From: Bdellovibrionota bacterium
GTDB lineage: Bacteria > Bdellovibrionota > UBA1018 > CAIPTA01
Length of the DNA: 57,078 nt
Direction: 5' to 3'
NCBI GenBank assembly: GCA_036559405.1
Contig: DATBTF010000051.1
Coordinates: 1 to 57,078, forward strand
Each line of letters opens with the position of its first letter. Position 1 is the stretch's first letter. The notes beneath the pieces are model-generated. The model was given only the letters and a program-made list of their open reading frames with translations, was not told the origin of the DNA and did no database searches. The position numbers were made by a program, and so were the translations under genes. Below are positions 8,615 through 17,614 of this stretch, piece by piece.

Positions 8615-8865
8615 GATGCTCCCCTTTGGACCCCGGTTTGTACCTTAGCCAGGGATTTTTGCACAATGCCGGACGAGCGGAAGCGAAGCCTGCTTGGTGC
8701 GGCAAGATTCCCGCTTCCGCCGGGATACAGCACTCGGGGGTTTGACAGTGCCCAAAGGCTAGACAGTTGCCCAGAAAATCTCCAGTTTTGAGGAAAAAGC
8801 ACCTAGTAAAATCAATAACTTGGAGTGAAGGCATCGGTCTTGCTGCAAAAGTGGAAGGGGGAAAG

Positions 8866-10020
8866 ATGCGTCAACCGCTGCCAGCGCCAATCCGCATGGG
8901 TCTTAAGGGCCTGGCTGCTGCATTGCTGCTGGCGCCCCTGAGCGCCCAATCCCGCAGCTACGATTACAACAGCACCGAGATCAACCAGCAGAGCGCCGCG
9001 GGCTACGCCTCGAACAACTTCTGGAACGGCTCGGGCGACAGCAAGGACGAGGGCGTGCGCAACGGCATGCGTGCCATGAACCGTCTGGCATCTCTCGATA
9101 TCGGCGGCGCCATCCATTACGGCTACAAAGGTTACGGCAACTACACAAATTCCCAGAAGATGGACGACCTCGACGCCCGCGTCTGGAAGAACAAAGGCAA
9201 GATGGACTCGATCAAGGACGGCATGATCGGCGGCGCGGCCAGCAGCGGCGCCGGCACCGGCAGCGAATCCTACTCGGCCATCGGGCCGGAACGCGAAGGC
9301 GCCAAGCTGCCCAATACAGGAAGCAGCAAAACGGTGAACGGCGAAAGCGTGGTCACCAGCAAAAAGTGGTCGGCCATGGACCGCGGATTCCTTTACCGGG
9401 GCGAGACCGCGGAAGTGGCGGCGGAGTTCGAGAGAAAATCGGGCATGAGCCGCGAAGAGTTCTTCAACCAGCTGGCGGACACGGCGGATGCCAGCCTGAA
9501 CTACGACGATCCGAACCTGATGAACAAGCTCGAGGCCCGCTACGCCAAATTCGTCAACGCCATTCCGAACAAGGAATACCGCGCTAACATCCAGAAGGCC
9601 TATTCGATGTTTTCCTTCGCCAAAAAGCAGGAAGCCCTCCAGGAAGTGGCGGCCTTCTATTACAAGATGCGCGGTGACACTGGCCCTTCGGAGCCGGCCC
9701 AGCCGCAGGTGGCAAAGAGCGAAGTAAAAGCCGATCTGCCCTCCGCTCCGGCCGCCGTGGCCAGCGAGCGCTCGCCTTCTTCGGCGGATAACTCCAACCT
9801 CGCCCTTGCGCACGAGGCCGCCGTAAGGATGAACGAGAACAGCAAATTGACGAAAGAGCAGATGGGCATGTACCTCGGTCTCGAGGGCAGCCATGGCGAC
9901 GAGCTGAAGGACATCATGATCGCCGCCGATACCGATTCGATTTTCCGCAAAGTCTCTAAACGTTACCGTAAGCTTACGCCGGCTCTGCTCGGCAAAGCGA
10001 TTATGTTAGACTCAAGGTGA
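8866..10020 (+). CDS. secreted hypothetical protein
   Basis: ATG 8866 after GGAAGGGGGAAAG. Signal peptide MRQPLPAPIRMGLKGLAAALLLAPLSAQS. No recognisable domain. Confidence 0.65.
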   Translation: MRQPLPAPIRMGLKGLAAALLLAPLSAQSRSYDYNSTEINQQSAAGYASNNFWNGSGDSKDEGVRNGMRAMNRLASLDIGGAIHYGYKGYGNYTNSQKMDDLDARVWKNKGKMDSIKDGMIGGAASSGAGTGSESYSAIGPEREGAKLPNTGSSKTVNGESVVTSKKWSAMDRGFLYRGETAEVAAEFERKSGMSREEFFNQLADTADASLNYDDPNLMNKLEARYAKFVNAIPNKEYRANIQKAYSMFSFAKKQEALQEVAAFYYKMRGDTGPSEPAQPQVAKSEVKADLPSAPAAVASERSPSSADNSNLALAHEAAVRMNENSKLTKEQMGMYLGLEGSHGDELKDIMIAADTDSIFRKVSKRYRKLTPALLGKAIMLDSR

Positions 10021-10050
10021 ACTTGGGAAGAAGGGGAAAGGGTGGGAACA

Positions 10051-10317
10051 ATGAAGAACCTACTGAAGTTAACATCGCTGGCAGGAATCTGCTTTGCGAT
10101 GATCGTATTCGGAGCATGCGGCGGCGGCGGTGGCGGCGGCGGCGGCGAATTCAAGGCAGAGAAAAAAGGCACGGAAGGCGAAGTTAGCTTCTCCTTTACA
10201 ATGAGCGGCACCGGCACGGCCACTGGCACCGGCACTTCGAGCTCGACGAGCACGGCAGCTGGCAGCTCCAGCAGCACGGCAACGAGCACGTTGGGCGCAA
10301 TCTCGACGTCGCCTTAA
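10051..10317 (+). CDS. small lipoprotein with poly-Gly linker and Ser/Thr-rich tail
   Basis: MKNLLKLTSLAGICFAMIVFGAC lipobox, then G9, then TGTATGTGTSSSTSTAAGSSSSTATST. Confidence 0.7.
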   Translation: MKNLLKLTSLAGICFAMIVFGACGGGGGGGGGEFKAEKKGTEGEVSFSFTMSGTGTATGTGTSSSTSTAAGSSSSTATSTLGAISTSP

Positions 10318-10345
10318 TAAGAATTTTTAAGAAAGGGTGGGGAAC

Positions 10346-10639
10346 ATGAAGAACCTACTTAAGTTGACATCGCTGGCGGGATTCTGCTTCGCGATGATCG
10401 TATTCGGTGCCTGCGGCGGCGGTGGTGGCGGCGGCGAAGGCAAATTCAAGCAGGCCCAGGAAAAGGCCAAAGAGAAGGAAGATGAGCTGAAAGGGAAGAT
10501 CGATGAGCTGAAGCAAAAGCTGCAAGAGGAAGAGAAAAAGAACTCGACCTCGACGGCTACTACGACAGCGGTCGTTACTTCGGCCACGACGGTAACGTCG
10601 ATTTCGTCTTCCGTAGTGACCACAACCGCGGTGCGCTAG
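10346..10639 (+). CDS. small lipoprotein, paralogue of 10051..10317, with coiled-coil segment and Thr/Ser/Val tail
   Basis: Near-identical signal peptide/lipobox MKNLLKLTSLAGFCFAMIVFGAC plus G7. Followed by KEKEDELKGKIDELKQKLQEEEKK and STATTTAVVTSATTVTSISSSVVTTTAV. Confidence 0.7.
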   Translation: MKNLLKLTSLAGFCFAMIVFGACGGGGGGGEGKFKQAQEKAKEKEDELKGKIDELKQKLQEEEKKNSTSTATTTAVVTSATTVTSISSSVVTTTAVR

Positions 10640-10646
10640 TCCGCGG

Positions 10647-11444
10647 ATGCATCCGATACTCTTTTCCGCCTTCGGATTTCCCGTGAGGACCTACGGTTTT
10701 GCAATGACCGTAGCGCACCTCACGGGAATCTTATTTCTGCTGGTCTGGTCGCGCCCGAAGGGCAAGCCCCTCGGGCCGTATATCGACCTCCTGTTGGCCG
10801 TAGTCGTCTTCGGCGTAATCGGCGCACGGCTGGGATACGCCTACAACTATTGGGAGGAGTTCCAGGATGATCCTTGGACCCTCTTCTCCCTCTGGAAAGG
10901 CGGACTGGCCTTCTACGGCGGCTTCGCCCCCGCCTTCTTCGCCTTTCTCTTCGTGCTCTGGTGGCGGAAGATTCCCGTGCTCGAGACCTCCGATCGCGTC
11001 TCCCCTATCCTGCCCCTTTCGCTGGCGCTGATCCGCCTGGGCTGCTTCGCCCAGGGCTGCTGCTTCGGCCTGCCCACGAACCTGCCGTGGGGCGTGGCCT
11101 ACCACGATCCGGAAAGCAAGGTGCTGCCGGTGCTGCTGGGCCACCCCCTGCACCCTACCCAGCTCTACGAGGCGGTTTTCCTGTTCTGCCTGAGCGGAGC
11201 GCTGGCCTGGGTTCTGCGAAGCGGCCGCTACCGCAAGGTTCTGCGCCCCGGCGAACTGGCTACGTTTTCAATCTTTCTGTACTGCGTGTATCGCTTCGCG
11301 GCCGATTTTCTCCGGGGCGACACCTACCACGGATTCTGGGGCCTGAGCTGGTTCACGCCCACGCAGGCGGCGGCCCTGCTCGGCATCGCCGCCACGCCGC
11401 TGGTGCTTTGGATCTGCCGGAAGGTCAGCCCTGCCCGATCGTGA
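10647..11444 (+). CDS. lgt: prolipoprotein diacylglyceryl transferase
   Basis: GFPVRTYG, GARLGY, WKGGLAFYGG, HPTQLYE and RFAADFLRGD, the Lgt signature series. Confidence 0.9.
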   Translation: MHPILFSAFGFPVRTYGFAMTVAHLTGILFLLVWSRPKGKPLGPYIDLLLAVVVFGVIGARLGYAYNYWEEFQDDPWTLFSLWKGGLAFYGGFAPAFFAFLFVLWWRKIPVLETSDRVSPILPLSLALIRLGCFAQGCCFGLPTNLPWGVAYHDPESKVLPVLLGHPLHPTQLYEAVFLFCLSGALAWVLRSGRYRKVLRPGELATFSIFLYCVYRFAADFLRGDTYHGFWGLSWFTPTQAAALLGIAATPLVLWICRKVSPARS

Positions 11445-11658
11445 GCTTCCCGTCCTGGATTGCCCGGGTGTGCGCGCCGCGTACGCGGACAAAGAGATCA
11501 TCGATCTCCTGGTCCGTCACCCTCACCGTCTCCACGGGCTTACCGGTGATCTGTAAATCTTCCGCCGGTCTGAACTCTTCTTTTTCAGGATCGCGCCCGA
11601 CTTCGGCAAAGGAAGGGGCAGAAAAAGCGATCAGAGCGGTGGCGAAAAGAAATTTCAT
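11425..11658 (-). CDS. small secreted hypothetical protein
   Basis: Trimmed to MKFLFATALIAFSAPSFA signal peptide; 77 aa. Confidence 0.45.
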   Translation of the reverse strand: MKFLFATALIAFSAPSFAEVGRDPEKEEFRPAEDLQITGKPVETVRVTDQEIDDLFVRVRGAHTRAIQDGKLTIGQG

Positions 11659-11736
11659 AATTGCTCCTGATGAAGAAAGATGCTGAAAATTCTTTCCCAA
11701 CTCCCGGGAAAAGAAAACAGGAAAAACGCCGCCGCA

Positions 11737-12750
11737 TCATTCGAACAAGTAGCTGAACGGCTCGCGCAGAGGCTCGGCTTTCCAGGGGTAGGCCTTGTCG
11801 AGGAGCTCCCAATGCCGCAGCGTGATCGCGCCGCGCTCGGAATTCGACATGATGTCGCCGAGGCGGCTTTCCTGGGTGTAGTAGCAGTTCCGGGCGTTCC
11901 AGACGTTGTAATAGTGATCGTCGAAGCCGAGCACATGCCCCAGCTCATGCGCCACGGTTTTCGTCCAGGCGAGGTGGGCGATCTCCATGCTGTGGCTGCC
12001 ATGATGCACATAGGAGCGGCTGGAGTTTCGGTGGGTGCGCAGGCGATAGACGGCCGTGCCCGACCAGTTCACCTTCAGATGATAACCACCGCCCTGCCAT
12101 TCCGTCTCCAGCAGCCGGCGAAGCGGCTCTTCATGGCCCCTCAGCTCTCCGGGATCGAGAAGCACGGTGAACTCGCGCGGCCCGGTTCGCCTCACGGCGG
12201 CCGTCGGGCGGAACTGGTGCGGGGTCTTTTCCGGCGGCAGGAACTTGCGTTTGAGAACCACGCGGGCGTAGTCCTTTTCGAGCAGAAAGCGCACCATGGA
12301 ATCGACGTCGCGCCAGCGCTCCACGTTTTCGGGCTGCTCGGGATCCACCTGGGTCTTGCGGATCAGGCCGTAGGCCTCGTCCCAGCTCCAGGCGGAAGAG
12401 TCGAACCCTTTGCCCGGAGCGGCCTTGGGGTTGATCCGCAGCTTGATCACGCCCAGATCCAGCAGGCCAAACTTCGGCTCTCCCTCGCCCTTGCGCCCGC
12501 TCCAAAGAGCTTTGATGTCGTCCCGAAAACGATCCACCACCTGGCTCGCATAGAGGCGGTATTTGCCCGTATGGTCATCGCACCACTCACGGGATGGCTC
12601 GCCATTGATCTTCTGCGCCACGCGGGTGTAGATGCGCTGTGCCTCTTCCACACGGTATTTCTGGAGAGCGCGTGCTCCGAGATAGGCGAAGGCGGCCACC
12701 AGAAGCATGGCCGCGAAGGCGAGCAGGACTGTGCGCAGGTTTCCCATCAA
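11737..12750 (-). CDS. membrane-anchored zinc metalloprotease-like protein (HExxHxxGxxD, metzincin-type motif)
   Basis: N-terminal TM segment LRTVLLAFAAMLLVAAFAYLGA; VAHELGHVLGFDDHYY. Confidence 0.7.
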   Translation of the reverse strand: MMGNLRTVLLAFAAMLLVAAFAYLGARALQKYRVEEAQRIYTRVAQKINGEPSREWCDDHTGKYRLYASQVVDRFRDDIKALWSGRKGEGEPKFGLLDLGVIKLRINPKAAPGKGFDSSAWSWDEAYGLIRKTQVDPEQPENVERWRDVDSMVRFLLEKDYARVVLKRKFLPPEKTPHQFRPTAAVRRTGPREFTVLLDPGELRGHEEPLRRLLETEWQGGGYHLKVNWSGTAVYRLRTHRNSSRSYVHHGSHSMEIAHLAWTKTVAHELGHVLGFDDHYYNVWNARNCYYTQESRLGDIMSNSERGAITLRHWELLDKAYPWKAEPLREPFSYLFE

Positions 12751-13403
12751 AGGGCGCAGAGGTCATGAACGAGGCCGTGCACTCCGGTGAAAACATCCTT
12801 CAGCGGAGCCTCGTCGTACATATAGGCAGGCGTGGAAACGATCTTGTTTTTCCGGTCGGTATGCCACTGCGAAGCACTTTTCACCACATGGCGGTGACCG
12901 AGCTTCTCGATCTCGCCCGAGGCCTCGCTCTTTTCCCCCACCGTCAGCTCGATCGCGGATCCGGGCAATGCCATCGCCACCGCCGCCGGAGCGATGCACA
13001 CGGCACCGATCGGCTTGCCCGCGTCCCGGAAGCCTTCGATCACCCGCTTCACTTCCGGCTGTACCTTGCCGCCGCTGCCTTGTGTGGCGAAGCTGCAAAG
13101 ATTTTTGGCGACACCAAAGCCGCCGGGGATCACGAGAAAATCAAAGTCCTTCGCCTGCAGTTCGGAGAGCGGGCGAACCGCGCCCCGGGCGATCCGGGCC
13201 GCTTCCACCAGCTGGTTGCGCTTCTCTCCGGGCTCCGCCTGCCCGGTAAGGCAGTTCACCACGTCGCTTTGCGGCTGGCTCAATGCGAAGCAGTGGGCTT
13301 CGACGTTTTCCACCGAAAGCGCCCAAAGCACGGCCACACTTTCACGGATCTCGCTTCCGTCTTTGAATCCCGAACCACAAAGAATGACTGCCGCCCTTTT
13401 CAT
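12747..13403 (-). CDS. elbB: ElbB-type DJ-1/PfpI family protein (glyoxalase ElbB)
   Basis: MKRAAVILCGSGFKDGSEIRESV..., FDFLVIPGGFG, PIGAVCIAP. ATGA overlaps on both sides. Confidence 0.8.
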   Translation of the reverse strand: MKRAAVILCGSGFKDGSEIRESVAVLWALSVENVEAHCFALSQPQSDVVNCLTGQAEPGEKRNQLVEAARIARGAVRPLSELQAKDFDFLVIPGGFGVAKNLCSFATQGSGGKVQPEVKRVIEGFRDAGKPIGAVCIAPAAVAMALPGSAIELTVGEKSEASGEIEKLGHRHVVKSASQWHTDRKNKIVSTPAYMYDEAPLKDVFTGVHGLVHDLCAL

Positions 13404-14197
13404 TTTTTCTCCTTCGCATTTTCCTCGGGATCGCAATCGCCGAGCTTGGAACCATCCGGGTCTTTCCAGCCCTTGCCCTTGGCCCAGCAGTCGCCGGTGG
13501 ACTGGGATTTTTTCGGAACCGGTTTGGCATCCCCTTCCGAGATGGGCCCAGGCACAGCAACGCCGTAGCGCACCGCAAGAGCGCCCTTATCTCCCTCGCT
13601 CTTGGATACACTGATCTTTCCGTCCGCCGTCATCTCCGCGTGCTCCCCGGCGGATACCTCCCGGTAGGTGCCGGGAGCGAAGTCAATCGACTTGCCCCAC
13701 CAGACCGTTCCCTCAAGAACATCGATGGCCGAGTGCTTGTCGTCGCCCTCCAGGAGATATTCCGTGCCCCGGATGCCCATCGCGGCGTTTTTGGTGTGGA
13801 TCTTCAGCCGCATCCCGTTTTTCCCGTCGGTGCTCTTGGGCACTTCACCCCAGAGAGCGCCGGCGAAAACGTTGAGCACCCAAAAAGAATAGCTTTCTTT
13901 CTCCGGCTTGCGCGCTTCGAGCTTCAGCTTGGTGTTGGGCGCGATTTTCCACTTGGATCCGTCATAGGACTCCACACCCACGATCTGGCCCGAAGCGGTA
14001 ATGATCTCGTCCCCCACGAAAAGCAGGGTGCCTGCGCCGGCATATTCCTCGCGGGCGCCGACGGCACGAACCACCTTGACCTCTTTAGGCCCATTGACCT
14101 CCGAGATCCGCAGACGGTCGCTCGTTTCCGGAGCGGCCGCGGCGGGGAGAAAACCAGAAACAAGGAAGAACGCGAGAAAAATGAAAGGAATTTTCAT
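13400..14197 (-). CDS. secreted FecR-domain protein
   Basis: Signal peptide MKIPFIFLAFFLVSGFLPAAAAP. FecR-like beta-rich core (GDEIITASGQIVGVESYDGSKWKIAPNTKLKLE). Confidence 0.65.
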   Translation of the reverse strand: MKIPFIFLAFFLVSGFLPAAAAPETSDRLRISEVNGPKEVKVVRAVGAREEYAGAGTLLFVGDEIITASGQIVGVESYDGSKWKIAPNTKLKLEARKPEKESYSFWVLNVFAGALWGEVPKSTDGKNGMRLKIHTKNAAMGIRGTEYLLEGDDKHSAIDVLEGTVWWGKSIDFAPGTYREVSAGEHAEMTADGKISVSKSEGDKGALAVRYGVAVPGPISEGDAKPVPKKSQSTGDCWAKGKGWKDPDGSKLGDCDPEENAKEKK

Positions 14198-14234
14198 ACG
14201 GCTATACTAGAATCTTCATGGGGGAATCTCAAGA

Positions 14235-14822
14235 ATGATGGAAAAATATGAGATCCGATTGGGCGAGAGCCTGAGCACGGCCTGGAAGATTTTCTGCAAA
14301 GGGCCGGAGGTTTTCATAACGCTCACCTTCGGACTGGCCTGTGTCTCAGTTCTGTTCTCGAAACTCGGCTCCTGGCTGACCCTGATCCCGAGCTGCCTGG
14401 GCCCCGCCGCCTTCTACCTGGCGGCCGAAGACGGAAACCACAAAGAACGAATCTCTTTCGAATCCGTGAAGCCCATTGTGAACCTTTTTCCCCAGCTCCT
14501 GGCGCTCACAGTCGTGAAGTCCATTGCGATCTTGCTCGGATTCATCCTCTTCGTGATTCCTGGAATTTACCTTACGGTGATTCTCTGCTTCGCCGAACTT
14601 TTCGTGGTTCTCGAGGGAAAACCCTTTCTCGAAGCCATGAAAGCCAGCAAAGAGCTGGTGGAGCGTAACTTCTGGGGCGTGCTCGGGCTCTGCATTTTCT
14701 CCTTCGGCCTTTTGTTTTCGGGCGTACTCCTGGTCTTCCTTGGCTTACTGGTGACCGCGCCCCTCGCCACCCTTCTGTTTTACGTTGTGTTCCGCAGGGT
14801 AAACCTTCACGTGGTTTCCTGA
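14235..14822 (+). CDS. integral membrane hypothetical protein
   Basis: Four or five hydrophobic segments; no motif recognised. Confidence 0.6.
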   Translation: MMEKYEIRLGESLSTAWKIFCKGPEVFITLTFGLACVSVLFSKLGSWLTLIPSCLGPAAFYLAAEDGNHKERISFESVKPIVNLFPQLLALTVVKSIAILLGFILFVIPGIYLTVILCFAELFVVLEGKPFLEAMKASKELVERNFWGVLGLCIFSFGLLFSGVLLVFLGLLVTAPLATLLFYVVFRRVNLHVVS

Positions 14823-14824
14823 CG

Positions 14825-15265
14825 ATGCTGGGCATTCTTCTTTCGCTGGCGATCGGCGCCCTCGGGGTTCTGCAGAATACCTTGAACCGCCAGCTCGCGC
14901 CCCGCTTCGGTTTGCCATCGGTTCTGATGGTGAACTCGCTGGTAATGGTCGGTTGCGGCACGATTTTCTATCTGCTGGTGAAGATGCTTCCGCAGGAATC
15001 CCTGCCGCCGCTCTACCGCGTCGGGCCCGGCCTGCGCTCCGATCCCTTTCTCCTCCTGCCCGGCCTCTTCGGCTTCTTCATCGTCGCCACGGTTCCCTGG
15101 GCGATCGAACGGATGGGCGCCACACGCGTTTTCATCGGCATCATCGCCGCGCAAATGGTGGTGAGCATGCTCTGGGACTGGAGAATGGAAAACGTGAGCG
15201 TGAGCGCCTGGAGAATCCTTGGGGCGCTCCTTGCTCTGGCGGGTGCCGCTGTGGCGGCCTTGTAG
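14825..15265 (+). CDS. DMT-superfamily small membrane protein (DUF606/YdcZ-like)
   Basis: 146 aa, five TM segments, N-terminal LSLAIGALGVLQNTLNRQL pattern. Confidence 0.6.
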   Translation: MLGILLSLAIGALGVLQNTLNRQLAPRFGLPSVLMVNSLVMVGCGTIFYLLVKMLPQESLPPLYRVGPGLRSDPFLLLPGLFGFFIVATVPWAIERMGATRVFIGIIAAQMVVSMLWDWRMENVSVSAWRILGALLALAGAAVAAL

Positions 15266-15765
15266 TGAAACCCTTTTCTCCCGAGGAAAACTGGCTCCTG
15301 CCCCACCTGAACGCACGGAAGGGCCTGCAGCTCGCGGAGCTCGGCTGCGGCGATGGGGAGCGGGCCGCCTGGCTTCTGGAGCGGCTTCCACCCGAAGCCG
15401 CCTACTGGGGCTTTGACTCCCATACGGCCCGGGCGGAGGCGGCCGCGCTCAGGCTCTCCAGCTTCGCCGGACGGGGGAAGGTGGAACGGAGGGATCCCGC
15501 CTTCCTGCTGCCGCTGGCCCCTGCCAGCCAGGACGCCTTTCTGCTGCTCGATTTGCTGGAGAACCTGCGGATGGACCAGCTCTATATGGCGCTATCCGAA
15601 GCGAGGCGAACCTTGCGGGCCGGAGGGCTGCTGTTCCTTCGCTGCAAAGCCACGCTCGAGCCCCGGCACTACATCTCACCAGAAGACTGGAAAATCCTGC
15701 AGGAGACCAAGATCGACAGGGACGGAGTCAGCCGTGAGGCGCTTGTCCTCGAACGGCTAGGCTGA
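15265..15765 (+). CDS. class I SAM-dependent methyltransferase
   Basis: GTG 15265 overlaps the preceding TAG (TAGTG). Motif I LAELGCGDGERA; GGLLFLR post-II. In frame with track ORF 14953..15765. Confidence 0.6.
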   Translation: MKPFSPEENWLLPHLNARKGLQLAELGCGDGERAAWLLERLPPEAAYWGFDSHTARAEAAALRLSSFAGRGKVERRDPAFLLPLAPASQDAFLLLDLLENLRMDQLYMALSEARRTLRAGGLLFLRCKATLEPRHYISPEDWKILQETKIDRDGVSREALVLERLG

Positions 15766-17614
15766 CGATCCGCTTCGCCATCTTTTTCATCCGGACCACA
15801 TCGCTCTTTTGCGGTTCACGCCTGCCGAAACGAAGCTCCTGATATTGTTTCCTCCAAAGGGCTGCTTCCGGCATGCCGAGGAAAGCGACCTCGGGATAGA
15901 CCCCGGCCCGGTGAACGAAATCGTCCTCCAGCTGATCCAGCACATCGCCCAGCCGCTCGCGAGAGCTGGCGCGAAACTTGATGCCCTTCCCGGCCAAACG
16001 CAAGAGCAGGAGCGCAAAGGCGACGCTTAAGAACCACGATAATGCCGTGCGCACCCAGGCAGTGAATGCTGCCTTATCGAACTCATACTCGAGGATGTAG
16101 CGATGCCAGTAAGCGCTGAGGCGGTCGTAGGCGTCGCCCGCTGCCTCGGTGAGCCAGCTAGCTTCCAGGACGGTGGTGGGAGTGGGATCCAGGGGAGTCC
16201 AGCCACGCGCCCTCGTCCATACTTCCACCCAGGCATGGGCGTCGGAACCGCGAACGGTAAGAACGTTCCCGCTTTTCGGGGGACGCACGCGGAATCCGAC
16301 GGCCAAGCGGGCGGGAACGCCGGAGGCGCGCAGGAGCAAAGCGGCGGCCGAGGCGAAAAGTTCGCAGTGTCCGTGCTTTGTTTCGAGGAGAAAGGTCTCG
16401 ATCGGGTGCCGCTTGCCTTTCTCCACCGGGGCCATGGCGGCCAGCTCGTACTCATAGCCGCCTTCCCGCAGGTGCCTCTGCACCTGGCGGATCTTTTCCT
16501 CGGTGGATTGCGAGGAGATCTTCCACTTTTTCACCAGGGCCGCGACTCCAGGGAAGGCGTCGGGATCAAAATGATAGCTTTCCGCCCCAGGCTCCTCGCC
16601 TAGGCCGCGGACATGAAAATCTCCCAGGTGAACCTGGTACTTCAGGCTGCGGTTCCGGCTCGCTTCGAAAGCCCACTCTCCCGCGCTATTGCGGATCGCC
16701 AGGGAGCGCTCCTGCAGTGAGGCAACTTTCTGCGTGCCATAGGGCGCAGGGGCAACGTCAGATGCGATCGGCTGGCGGAGGATATCTACCGTGGACCCGG
16801 AAGGGAAGTTGGCCGGACCTTCCGGAAAACGAGCGACCGGTCGCCAATCTTTCCCATCAAACTTCTCGAGCGTCTGGCCGCGGAGGAGAAAGTAAGGCAG
16901 CGCCGCCTCCCAAGCCACTCCTGAGGGACGGAAGATCCAAAGCGCCGGGGTGGAATCCTGCTTCGGCCAGAACATAATGCCGTTCCGGAATGAAACAGCC
17001 TCGTTGTAGCCGGCAATCGTGCCGGCATCCTCTGCGCCCCAGCGTGAACGTGGCAGCAGGGGAAAGATCAGCAGGCTCGAAAGGAACACAAGGCAGGAAA
17101 GGGCCAAGACAGAAAGCACGAAGGAAGTGCGCAGCGGCCGTTCAAGAGCCTCGGGATCCCTGGCACGGAAATTCCGCTCGAGAAAGCCCAGGGAAAGAGC
17201 CAGCGAGCCGCCCAGAACGAAGAAAAAAATCAGAAGGAACATATGCGCCTCGGGCGCGAGAATCGCGGCAAGTACCATTTCCAGCAGGGAAATTCCCAGC
17301 CTCCAGAACCGGTAGACGCCTTCGTCTTTGGCCATCCAAAGAAGCGCATGTACGGGTACCAGTGCGCGGGCCACCTGGGTTCCCGTGGGCGTGCCTCCCG
17401 CGGTGCTGTAGCCGGCGAGCACGATCAGGGCCACGAGCAGGAGCAGCAGGAGGTCGGGCAGCGAAATGTCCAGTACCCAGACCAGCGCGCCAATCACCAG
17501 GGGAATGCAGAACATCCCTCGCTCCACATCGGGAGTGGCGGCGAGCGCCATCAGGCCGAGAAGCTCGCAGGCAAATGCGGCCACGGGCCCGAGCTTGCGC
17601 AGACTGATGCTCAT
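15728..17614 (-). CDS. transglutaminase-domain membrane protein (TgpA/DUF3488-like)
   Basis: N-terminal polytopic region; TGase core GHCELFASAAALLLRASGVPARLAVGF...DAHAWVEVW (Cys-His-Asp). Confidence 0.85.
   Translation of the reverse strand: MSISLRKLGPVAAFACELLGLMALAATPDVERGMFCIPLVIGALVWVLDISLPDLLLLLLVALIVLAGYSTAGGTPTGTQVARALVPVHALLWMAKDEGVYRFWRLGISLLEMVLAAILAPEAHMFLLIFFFVLGGSLALSLGFLERNFRARDPEALERPLRTSFVLSVLALSCLVFLSSLLIFPLLPRSRWGAEDAGTIAGYNEAVSFRNGIMFWPKQDSTPALWIFRPSGVAWEAALPYFLLRGQTLEKFDGKDWRPVARFPEGPANFPSGSTVDILRQPIASDVAPAPYGTQKVASLQERSLAIRNSAGEWAFEASRNRSLKYQVHLGDFHVRGLGEEPGAESYHFDPDAFPGVAALVKKWKISSQSTEEKIRQVQRHLREGGYEYELAAMAPVEKGKRHPIETFLLETKHGHCELFASAAALLLRASGVPARLAVGFRVRPPKSGNVLTVRGSDAHAWVEVWTRARGWTPLDPTPTTVLEASWLTEAAGDAYDRLSAYWHRYILEYEFDKAAFTAWVRTALSWFLSVAFALLLLRLAGKGIKFRASSRERLGDVLDQLEDDFVHRAGVYPEVAFLGMPEAALWRKQYQELRFGRREPQKSDVVRMKKMAKRIVSLAVRGQAPHG

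Noticed and set aside
8812-9894. 360-aa ORF on the - strand
   Set aside because: It is antisense to the secreted protein gene 8866..10020. It is Arg/Gly/His-rich with no start context.
10120-10146. (GGC)n tracts here, at 10405..10430 and at 21775..21870, considered as a CRISPR/VNTR-like array
   Set aside because: They are in-frame poly-Gly coding segments of the lipoproteins and the RRM protein. There is no spacer/repeat organisation.
11680-12768. 362-aa ORF on the + strand
   Set aside because: It is antisense to the HExxH metalloprotease gene and has no recognisable features.
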